DNA of 64,000 nt, taken from positions 770 to 64,769 of the forward strand of contig JBKHBH010000001.1 in assembly GCA_046542505.1 (NCBI GenBank), in the 5' to 3' direction. The notes under the pieces are model-generated. The model was given only the letters and a program-made list of their open reading frames with translations, was not told the origin of the DNA and did not search any database. This document shows positions 9,150-16,740 of the stretch, one piece after another. The position numbers and the translations under genes are program-made. This DNA comes from Thermovirgaceae bacterium (GTDB lineage: Bacteria; Synergistota; Synergistia; Synergistales; Thermovirgaceae). Positions within the stretch are counted from its first letter, which is position 1. Every line of letters begins with the position of its first letter.

Positions 9150-10523
9150 GTGAGGCTGATCAGGGTGAACTATTTCAGAAATCTACACCAACTTACGCAA
9201 CACGGAAACGACGCTCTTCGCAGGGAAACGCTGGACATACTCAATTTTGCCCTCGCAAAGGCGGATCCTTTTGTCGCCGCAAGGAACTGTGTGGTCATGG
9301 AGGGCGAGGAGCTCTCCATTTGCGGCAGAACAATGGATCTGTCCCGGTTCGATAAGGTTTACGTCATCGGGGCGGGCAAGGCAAGCTTCGGGATCGCCCG
9401 GGCCCTCGAGGAAGTTTTGGGGCCGCGGATAACGAAAGGCCTTGTCATTTGCAAGGACGGGCTTCAAGAGCGACTCGAGCATGTTGAGATCGCCTGCGCC
9501 AGTCATCCTGTTCCCAACGAGACGAGTTTGCGCAAGGCCGGGGAAATTCTGGATCTGATGCGGCAGACCGGGCCCAGGGACCTTGTGATCGCATGCATAA
9601 CGGGAGGGAGTTCTGCGTTGATGTCCCTTCCCGTCCCGGAGATTCCCTTCGAGGACAAGCGGACGCTCAACCGTATTCTGCTGACCAGCGGTGCGAACAT
9701 TCTCGAGATCAACGCCGTGAGAAAACATGCAAGCCTCGTCAAGGGCGGAAGGCTCGCTCAGGCAATGCATCCCGGGACCCTTTTGATTAACTTGACCGTT
9801 TCAGATGTCATCGGCGATCCTCTCGACTGCATCACCGATCCTACCGTCCCTGATTCCACATCCTTCGAGGATGCCCGCAGGACCCTTGACAAGTACGGTC
9901 TCTGGGAGCGGGTGCCGGAAACGGTAGCGAAATATTTCAGGGATCCTCCGCCGGACCGGGAAACGCCGAAGTCCTTCGATGACCGGGTCTTCGAGAGCTT
10001 TATCATTGTTCCCGGCGAGGCCGCAAGCGAGGGCGCTGCTGAAAGGGCAAGGGAGCTAGGATACGAAACCATGATCCTCTCCACCATGTTCGAAGGCGAA
10101 AGCCGGGAACTGGGGTGCACCTTCGGGTATATCGCGAAAGAGATCATCCGCAAGGAGAGACCGCTGAAACGGCCCTGTGCCGTCATCGGCGGCGGAGAGA
10201 CGGTGGTGACCTTCGAGAGCGAGAATGAGGGCCTGGGGGGGCCGAACCAGGAGTTTGCCCTGGGTGCTGCTACGGAAATATCAAGGATCGGTGATGTGGT
10301 CGTCGCCGGACTGGATACCGATGGGACCGACGGACCGACGAACTTCGGAGGAGGAATCGTCGACAACTGCACCGTGGACCGGGCCGAGGTGCTGGGCCTG
10401 GATATCCACACTGCCTTGAAACGGCATGAGGTGTCCGGGCTGCTGGGAGAGCTCGGCGATCTTCTTATTACCGGGAACACCGGGACCAACGTGAACGACC
10501 TCAAGGTAATGATCCTGCGCTAG
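9150..10523 (+). CDS. Glycerate 2-kinase (DUF4147 + MOFRL, TtuD/GckA-type; 457 aa)
   Basis: GTG start with GGGAGGA 10 nt upstream. VYVIGAGKAS, ITGGSSAL, VRKHAS.VKGG, IGGGETVV and DTDGTDGP motifs are typical of the family. Confidence 0.75.
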   Translation: MRLIRVNYFRNLHQLTQHGNDALRRETLDILNFALAKADPFVAARNCVVMEGEELSICGRTMDLSRFDKVYVIGAGKASFGIARALEEVLGPRITKGLVICKDGLQERLEHVEIACASHPVPNETSLRKAGEILDLMRQTGPRDLVIACITGGSSALMSLPVPEIPFEDKRTLNRILLTSGANILEINAVRKHASLVKGGRLAQAMHPGTLLINLTVSDVIGDPLDCITDPTVPDSTSFEDARRTLDKYGLWERVPETVAKYFRDPPPDRETPKSFDDRVFESFIIVPGEAASEGAAERARELGYETMILSTMFEGESRELGCTFGYIAKEIIRKERPLKRPCAVIGGGETVVTFESENEGLGGPNQEFALGAATEISRIGDVVVAGLDTDGTDGPTNFGGGIVDNCTVDRAEVLGLDIHTALKRHEVSGLLGELGDLLITGNTGTNVNDLKVMILR

Positions 10524-10607
10524 CGTTTTTGCAACCGGTGGGACAATGCCGGGCAGACGAGCATGAGGCGGCCTCATGGGAAACGTTGAGGAAAGGGGAT
10601 TTCGGAT

Positions 10608-11852
10608 ATGTCTGACGGAAAGGTTCTGTTGTTGGGTTGCGGCATGCAGGGCAAGGCGGCCCTTTATGACCTCCTCGGGAGTGATGGGGTGACCAAAATT
10701 GTCGTCGCCGACGCTTCTTCGAAATTGCAGGAAGATGTCGCCAGGCTTCAGTCGAATAAGGTGGAGGCCGTGAAACTTGATGCGGACAACTGCACTCAGG
10801 TGAAGGAATTGATGGCCGAAGCCGATGTGGTGGTGGAACTCCTTCCGGGATCTTTCGCCTTCGGAATGGCCGAGTTGGCCGTCGAGGTGGGTGTCGACCT
10901 GATCACGTCCATGTACCTGGTCAACCCTGGAGAACAGGATGCCGCCAAAGCAGAAAAACAGAGGAAAGCGCTCTCGGCCTTGTCGGACCAGGCCAGGCAA
11001 AAAGGCGTGACCATCCTCCAGGAATTCGGGATGGATCCGGGCGTGGATCTCGTTTTGGGAAAAAGGGCCCTTGAAGAGCTGGACGAAGTCAAGGCCTTTC
11101 ATTCCTATGGTGCAGGATTCCCCGAACTCTCCGCTGCAGATAACCCGCTGAGGTACAAATTCACCTGGTCGATCATAGGCGTGATGAAATCCTATCTACG
11201 GCCGGCAAAAATACTGGACGAAAACCGTGTCGTCGAGATCCCGGCCGATGAGATGTTTGCACCGAAAAACACACACCTTCTGGATCTGGCGGAAATGGGA
11301 AGCCCCCTGGAATGTTTTCCCAATGGCGACGCCCTCGCCTTTGCCGAGGTATTTGGTCTGGGTGAAGCCGTAGAATCCATGGGGCGATATATCTGCCGGT
11401 GGCCGGGACACGGATCGTTCTGGTGGAAGATGGCAAAATCAGGGTTTTTGAGGGCTGAGCCGGTCTCGATGAACGGTGCCGGGGATGTGGCGCCCGTGGA
11501 ATTCTGTGCCTCCCTCCTGGCCTCGCAGGATCAGTTCTATTACAGGGAGGACGAACGAGACGTCGCCCTGGTCCGCTCCGATGTGCGGGGCACCCGGGAT
11601 GGAAAACCCGTCCGCGTCGTCTGGCAGATAACGGATTACAGGGACTTGGCCACGGGATTTACGGCCATGCAGAGAACTGTCGGTTTCCCCATGTCCATCG
11701 GAGCGCAAATGATCATGGATGGAACCATCGACAAAAAGGGTGTCATCCACCCCATGGAAGTGCCCTTTGATCCCTTCATGAAAGAGCTCGGCAACAGAGG
11801 CATCCAGGCGGTTCGTTTCGAAGAAGAATGGGATGGTGACCTGAAGCCATGA
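10608..11852 (+). CDS. Saccharopine dehydrogenase-family oxidoreductase, paralog 3 (414 aa)
   Basis: LLGCGMQGKAALYDL Rossmann motif; GMDPGVDLV, NPLRYKFTWS and RWPGH motifs are parallel to paralog 2. Confidence 0.7.
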   Translation: MSDGKVLLLGCGMQGKAALYDLLGSDGVTKIVVADASSKLQEDVARLQSNKVEAVKLDADNCTQVKELMAEADVVVELLPGSFAFGMAELAVEVGVDLITSMYLVNPGEQDAAKAEKQRKALSALSDQARQKGVTILQEFGMDPGVDLVLGKRALEELDEVKAFHSYGAGFPELSAADNPLRYKFTWSIIGVMKSYLRPAKILDENRVVEIPADEMFAPKNTHLLDLAEMGSPLECFPNGDALAFAEVFGLGEAVESMGRYICRWPGHGSFWWKMAKSGFLRAEPVSMNGAGDVAPVEFCASLLASQDQFYYREDERDVALVRSDVRGTRDGKPVRVVWQITDYRDLATGFTAMQRTVGFPMSIGAQMIMDGTIDKKGVIHPMEVPFDPFMKELGNRGIQAVRFEEEWDGDLKP

Positions 11853-12781
11853 AGTTGCCCTTTGTCAAGGGGCACATGGGCGGGAACAGGATCCTGCTCT
11901 TGCCCGGGATCGACGGGACGGACCAGGAACTCCTGGATACGGGACTGAAGCTGCTTGACCATCTGTACCTGTGCGGCCACCAGGCCGGCTTCCTGTATGG
12001 AGGCCCGGATAACGGGGCTTTTCGGGTGCGCATTGTCGGCTATACGGCGAGGGATTTTCTTCCCGCCTGCGGAGGCCTGACACAGGTGCTTGGAGCCGCC
12101 GTCGGGGAAGGATACCTGGAAAGCGTATTGGGGCTACCTTCTGCCGAACGGGACGAGATACTCCTTGAGACCGACGGCGGGCCGGTCCCGATCCACATCG
12201 AAAACGGCCCCGCCGGAACATCCCGCGTCTTTACGGACATGACGGGTTTTGCCGAAGAATGTATGAGGCAGGGAGTGGAAAGGTTTTTCCTCGACGGAGT
12301 CGAGGCCCTCCGGTCGGGTGCCTTCCTCGTGGTCGATGCGAAAAAGGCGGCACTCAAGGGCGGCCCGGGGGATTTCGTCACTCTCGATGCAGAAGCCCGC
12401 GAGGTGCTGATAAGCCTTCAAAAGCGATTCAGAAATGTTTGTAACACGAACTCAAGGAACTTTGCCCTTTACGACCACGGGCCTTCGGGCGACGGCCCCA
12501 CCCGGGCGGTGTTCCCGCACGGAATCGAAGGAGGCCACATCGAACCCGCCTGTGGAACCGGCTCGGTCGCGTTGGCCCTCGGCCTTCTGGAAACAGGGGA
12601 ATTGTCGGGTCAGGTTCGTGATGGGACGATTACGACTGATCTCGAGACCGGGGGAGGACCGTGCCTGGGCGGTGACGAGAAAACCCGTGTGGACTTCGAA
12701 TACAGCGGTGGAACGCTGAAGAGGGCAAGGTTTTCTCATAGCAGGGTGGAGATTCTGGCGACGGGGGAAGTCAGCATATAA
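11849..12781 (+). CDS. DapF-fold-like two-cysteine racemase/epimerase candidate, paralog A (310 aa)
   Basis: ATGA overlap with the upstream gene. The N-terminus MKLPFVKGHMGGNRILLL resembles DapF MxFxKMHGLGNDFVVV. Cys74 in ACGGLTQVLG and a second Cys in IEPACGTGS are reminiscent of the DapF catalytic Cys pair. Confidence 0.5.
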   Translation: MKLPFVKGHMGGNRILLLPGIDGTDQELLDTGLKLLDHLYLCGHQAGFLYGGPDNGAFRVRIVGYTARDFLPACGGLTQVLGAAVGEGYLESVLGLPSAERDEILLETDGGPVPIHIENGPAGTSRVFTDMTGFAEECMRQGVERFFLDGVEALRSGAFLVVDAKKAALKGGPGDFVTLDAEAREVLISLQKRFRNVCNTNSRNFALYDHGPSGDGPTRAVFPHGIEGGHIEPACGTGSVALALGLLETGELSGQVRDGTITTDLETGGGPCLGGDEKTRVDFEYSGGTLKRARFSHSRVEILATGEVSI

Positions 12782-12873
12782 CCCCTTTGACCGGCCCGGC
12801 CTGCTGCGATGAGCATCGTCGCGCCGGGAAAGAATGTTCCCCGAAGGGGAAGGGCTAGAGGAGGCGAATCGAA

Positions 12874-13896
12874 ATGGCTTCATTGAAGGACAGTCCGCAG
12901 TATTATCACCGTGTGCTGGAACGAATTCCTCCGAGACCGACGCCGGCATTTTCGGAGGAAGGCATGCAGGAGCGCGTCTGGGGGCGCAGGTGGGGCGTTA
13001 AAAACGATGTGGGCACACTCAGGATGGTCATGCTCCACCGACCCGGCGAAGAGATCAACGTGATGAAAACCGGTGGCAAATATGACCCCGAAATCGAGGC
13101 TATCATCGACGAGGATGAGCAGTGGTATTTCAGATCCGACACGCCGCCGAGCCTGGAGAAGATGCAGGCGGAACACGACGCCTTTGCCAACCTCCTGCGT
13201 TCTGAAGGGATCGAAGTGGTCTACATGGATGGGGGATCGAAAGACCCCAACGCCATGTTCACCAGGGATATGGGGATGGTCGTTGATGGAGGGGTGATTA
13301 TCTCGCGGATGGGCCCGGTGGGTAAGCCTTACGGCACGGGACGCCGCGGCGAAGAGCTCTATCTCACCCGCAAGGTTGCAGAACTCGGGATGCCCATTTA
13401 CCGGACCATCGCCGGCGAGGGGCTGATGGAGGGAGGTAGTTTCTGCCTACTCGATGAAAAACATGCCGCCATCGGCATGAGTTTCCGTGGCAACGAGAGC
13501 GGGGCGGACCAGGTTGAAGAAATTTTGAAGCTTCTTGGCATCGAACTGATCCGGGTTCCCCTCCCGGGATTTGCCATGCACCTGGACGGTGGCATCGTCA
13601 TGGTGGACCACGACAAGGCGGTCGTTAACGTGGAACGGCTCCCGTACTGGTTTATCGATCGCCTGAAGGAGCTTGGTATCGAGATGATCTTTGCCGATTA
13701 CCGTGACGTGGCCTACTCGGTGAACGTTCTGACCATCCGTCCCGGGGTGGTTGTCATGGATGAGCGGGGCAAGTGGACCCGCGAGAGCCTCGAAAAACGG
13801 GGCGTGACCGTTCATCCCGTCTGTTGGGAAGAATGCACGAAGCATGGAGGTGGCGTCCACTGTTCCTCTTTGCCGCTGGTTCGTGAAAAGGACTGA
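12874..13896 (+). CDS. Guanidino-group-modifying (arginine deiminase / amidinotransferase fold) enzyme, short form (340 aa)
   Basis: AGAGGAGG RBS. Motifs LHRPGEE, EHDAFANLLRSEGIEV, MFTRD, EGGSF, AMHLDG and the C-terminal GGGVHCSSLPL (catalytic Cys) fit the ADI/DDAH/amidinotransferase pattern. Confidence 0.6.
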   Translation: MASLKDSPQYYHRVLERIPPRPTPAFSEEGMQERVWGRRWGVKNDVGTLRMVMLHRPGEEINVMKTGGKYDPEIEAIIDEDEQWYFRSDTPPSLEKMQAEHDAFANLLRSEGIEVVYMDGGSKDPNAMFTRDMGMVVDGGVIISRMGPVGKPYGTGRRGEELYLTRKVAELGMPIYRTIAGEGLMEGGSFCLLDEKHAAIGMSFRGNESGADQVEEILKLLGIELIRVPLPGFAMHLDGGIVMVDHDKAVVNVERLPYWFIDRLKELGIEMIFADYRDVAYSVNVLTIRPGVVVMDERGKWTRESLEKRGVTVHPVCWEECTKHGGGVHCSSLPLVREKD

Positions 13897-13996
13897 AAAT
13901 GGCGAGGGGATTTACTGTCGAAAAGGATAGCCGGGTGCAGGCGTCTGGATCATCCGGCATCGGCAAAGGAGTGAATCTGGCGAGGAGATTTTCTGA

Positions 13997-15148
13997 TTGA
14001 AGCGGATTTACCGCCTTCTCCTGAAGTTGATAACGGCCAATTTCGGCATCATGTGCTTTGGCGACATCTACTTTCTTGTCGCCTTGTACATGGAGAGCTA
14101 CGGAATCGATGACCCCGAGACGATCGGGTGGATCCTGTCGGCATACTTTGCCGCATCGGCGTTGTCCCGCCCCTTCGTGGGATGGGTGGTGGAAAAGTTC
14201 TCCTTCAAGCCGGTGCTCATCGTGGCTTCTGTGTCCTGTGTGGCCAGCGGGGTGGGCGTGGCCCTTTCGGGGTCGTCGGTTCCTCTCATTCTCTTTTTCC
14301 GGGCCGTGGCGGGCCTCTCATCGAGCCTTTTCCTGGTGGCCATAACGACCTACCAGACCCTTGCGGTTCCGGAAGAAGTCAGGGGCTCATCCTTCACTCT
14401 TGTGACGGCGGGTACCATCGCGCCCCTGGTCACGGTGGTGCCGCTTGCGGAATGGCTTTTGCGTGCGGGAAAGCCGGGGCTGTATATCTGGTTTCCAGTC
14501 CTGCCGGCCTTTCTGTGTCTTTTCGCATCCATGTCGCTTCGGCCTTCCGACGGCGTGGTCACCGAAAGCCGTGACTGGGGATCGTACCGCGAGGTTTTTA
14601 CCCATCCAGCACTCAGGATCCTTTTCCCCTCTGTGATCTGTTTTGCCATGACCGATGCCGCCATCGTCTCTTTTGCGGGTCTCGCGCTCGAGAAAAAGCT
14701 GGTGGCATCGGCCTTCATCTCTTCCCAGGCCTTTACAGCCGTTTTGATACGAGTCTTCGGTTTCCGCCTCATGGACATCATGCCCCGAAGCCGGCTGGCG
14801 GCCTTGTCCTTTCTTGTGACCGGCGGGAGCCTCTTTGCGGCGACCTTTACAGAGAGCAACACGGGCTTCATGGCGCTGGGGATCATTTATGGAGTCGCCA
14901 TGGGATACGGATTCCCCCTGCACCTTTCCCTCATTGGCGACGCCGTGTCCGAAAGGCTGCGGCCAAAGGCCACGGCCATGGTCTGGTTCCTCATGTCGGG
15001 CTGTTTTTTCATCTCTCCCGTCATCACGGGGTACCTGGCGAGGCGTTTCACCTTCGCCGTCGCCTACAGGATCATCATGGGCTGCATTATTATTGTGACT
15101 CCCCTGATTCACAGGCGGTTCACGAGATCTTTCAAAAGCGACAGCTGA
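13997..15148 (+). CDS. MFS-type transporter (383 aa)
   Basis: About 11-12 hydrophobic segments; TTG start after GGCGAGGAG. The start is uncertain (alternative ATG at 14051). Confidence 0.6.
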   Translation: MKRIYRLLLKLITANFGIMCFGDIYFLVALYMESYGIDDPETIGWILSAYFAASALSRPFVGWVVEKFSFKPVLIVASVSCVASGVGVALSGSSVPLILFFRAVAGLSSSLFLVAITTYQTLAVPEEVRGSSFTLVTAGTIAPLVTVVPLAEWLLRAGKPGLYIWFPVLPAFLCLFASMSLRPSDGVVTESRDWGSYREVFTHPALRILFPSVICFAMTDAAIVSFAGLALEKKLVASAFISSQAFTAVLIRVFGFRLMDIMPRSRLAALSFLVTGGSLFAATFTESNTGFMALGIIYGVAMGYGFPLHLSLIGDAVSERLRPKATAMVWFLMSGCFFISPVITGYLARRFTFAVAYRIIMGCIIIVTPLIHRRFTRSFKSDS

Positions 15149-15197
15149 TTCTTCCGGGGTTTGAGTAGTTGCCGTGTGAGGGAGGGGGAGATTGATC

Positions 15198-16145
15198 ATG
15201 AGACTGGATTTCATCAAGGGACATATGGGAGGAAATACCATTGTCATTCTGAACGGGGCGCAGGTGCCGCTGGAGAGAACTCTTGACCTTTCGCTGAAAG
15301 TTCTCGGGGGAAAATACCTGTATTCCCACGAAGCGGGGATCATATCTCCCGGGGGCGAGGATGTGGATCTTGATGTTCGCATCGTCGGCCGTGCTTCCGG
15401 AAAATTTCTGACGGCCTGCGGGGGTCTGACCCAGGTCCTGGGGAAGGCCCTGAGTCGTACGGAACGGGCAAGAAGATTCGGTCTCGATTTGCAAAGGCGG
15501 AAAACCGTCATGTTGGGGACTCCGGGCTGCGTGACCCCCATTCGGGTTTTTCCCGAAAGAGAGGCCTTTACCACGGAAACCGACATGACAAAGTTCGTCG
15601 AAGAAATTTACGGACTCGGTCTCGAGCCCCTGATTCTTTCGGGAATCAGCGCCTGGAAGATCGGGAAATTTCTTGTCATTCATTCCGACGAACTCCGCAA
15701 GGCGTTGCCCGGTGCCGATGTAGAAAGCATTGACGACCTTTCGAAAAAAAAGATCGTCCAGATGCAGCAGGAGTTTGTCTCCACGTTCAGCGATGCCGCT
15801 TGTGACGTTGCTCTTTACGACGATCACGCCGTCGGCATGCAGAAAGGTTTCCGCGTCCTTTTCCCACATTCCATTCCCGAGGGGCTGATCGAGCCGTCCT
15901 GTGGAACCGGGTCCATTGCCGTCTGTGTTGCCGCCCTGTACGAGCAACAGGGTTCAAGGGCCGTTTCGGCCGCTCCGGAATCCGGGATGGCTGTGACTTT
16001 CGACATGGAATCAGGAGGGGACGTGTCCCTGGGAGGGCCTGACATCAGCCGGGTCGAGATGATCCTCAGAAACGGAGCCATCACAAAAGCGACGTTTTCC
16101 CACAGCAACGTAGAAGTTACCTGTGAGGGGCACCTGTATCTATAG
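15198..16145 (+). CDS. DapF-fold-like two-cysteine racemase/epimerase candidate, paralog B (315 aa)
   Basis: ATG 15198 lies 7 nt after GGAGGGGGAG (the track ORF starts at TTG 15192). It shares FIKGHMGGN, VRIVG, FLTACGGLTQVLG, TDMTKF, FPH, IEPSCGTGS and FSHSNVE blocks with paralog A. Confidence 0.5.
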   Translation: MRLDFIKGHMGGNTIVILNGAQVPLERTLDLSLKVLGGKYLYSHEAGIISPGGEDVDLDVRIVGRASGKFLTACGGLTQVLGKALSRTERARRFGLDLQRRKTVMLGTPGCVTPIRVFPEREAFTTETDMTKFVEEIYGLGLEPLILSGISAWKIGKFLVIHSDELRKALPGADVESIDDLSKKKIVQMQQEFVSTFSDAACDVALYDDHAVGMQKGFRVLFPHSIPEGLIEPSCGTGSIAVCVAALYEQQGSRAVSAAPESGMAVTFDMESGGDVSLGGPDISRVEMILRNGAITKATFSHSNVEVTCEGHLYL

Positions 16146-16170
16146 ACGCGAGAAGCATACAAAAGTTGAG

Positions 16171-16372
16171 TTACGCTTGCGCTGTTGCAGCCTCCCGATT
16201 AGACATCCTTCCGTCACAGAGGCGTTCCAGGACACAGAGCTTCCGCGCTTGCTTCACTGACATCTTGAGGTCACCCGCATTCTTCTTCATGTTCGGTATT
16301 CTGACTCATGGGGGTGACATTTTCCCTGTCCCCTTAAAGGGTGACATTATCGCTGTCCGGTCACAAAAAAGA
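16171..16372 (-). mobile_element. Relic of an insertion sequence: 39-codon 5' fragment of a transposase-like HTH ORF plus upstream terminal-repeat-like DNA
   Basis: Minus-strand ORF 16290->16171 reads MKKNAGDLKMSVKQARKLCVLERLCDGRMSNREAATAQA*. It resembles the N-terminal HTH of IS481/ISNCY-type transposases as I recall them. Upstream lie two 19-bp repeats and a TGT-initiated end. No transposase body follows. Confidence 0.35.
16313..16358. repeat. Two 19-bp direct repeats, GGTGACATTTTCCCTGTCC (16313-16331) and GGTGACATTATCGCTGTCC (16340-16358)
   Basis: 17/19 identical with a 27-bp period, followed by GGTCAC; read directly. Confidence 0.8.
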
Positions 16373-16445
16373 CAAATTGCCCTTGACAGGAGAGCAAGGG
16401 CCGGATAAAATTCCATCAATTCGGAAAGCGGAGGACAGGTTCAGG

Positions 16446-16538
16446 ATGAACGAGACGAGCCAGTTGAGCATCAGGAAGATCCGTGGCTGGTGGTGGCAGA
16501 CCTTTTTGATCTGCCCCCGAGAGCCCGGACACAGGTAA
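16446..16538 (+). CDS. trpL: trp operon leader peptide MNETSQLSIRKIRGWWWQTFLICPREPGHR (30 aa)
   Basis: ATG is preceded by GCGGAGGACAGG. Three consecutive TGG codons lie at 16488-16496. It sits about 200 nt upstream of trpE and is followed by two stem-loop + U-tract elements. Confidence 0.7.
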   Translation: MNETSQLSIRKIRGWWWQTFLICPREPGHR

Positions 16539-16553
16539 GAACCGAAAAATTTC

Positions 16554-16611
16554 AGGGCCTTGGAGGCGGATCCCGAACGGGATTCACTTCAGGGCCCTTT
16601 TTGTTTTTTTT
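16554..16611 (+). terminator. trp leader attenuator element 1 (branched stem-loop followed by a T-tract)
   Basis: AGGGCC (16554-16559) pairs with GGCCCT (16593-16598) and encloses the hairpin GGATCCC/GGGATTC (16568-16585). It is followed by TTTTGTTTTTTTT. Confidence 0.45.
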
Positions 16612-16636
16612 CGCAGGCAACCGGCGGAGTTTTAAG

Positions 16637-16676
16637 CGGGGAAGGGCCCCAAAAGGCCTTTCCCCGTTTTTTTATT
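16637..16676 (+). terminator. trp leader attenuator element 2 (intrinsic terminator)
   Basis: CGGGGAAGGGCC (16637-16648) pairs with GGCCTTTCCCCG (16655-16666): 12 bp including one G-U, with a 6-nt loop, followed by 7 T. Confidence 0.65.
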
Positions 16677-16740
16677 TCGGTTTTTTACGGATTTTGAAGG
16701 ACGAAACCCCTGAGACGGGACGAGATGAGGGAGGCGCAGG

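Noticed and set aside
14387-15586. 399-aa minus-strand ORF across the MFS gene and the start of the second DapF-like gene
   Set aside because: It crosses an intergenic RBS region and is Arg/Pro/Gly-rich, with no start context.
16166-16408. 80-aa plus-strand ORF in the gap before the trp leader
   Set aside because: It has a TTG start without an RBS and no recognisable features. The region is better explained by the minus-strand transposase relic and the repeats.
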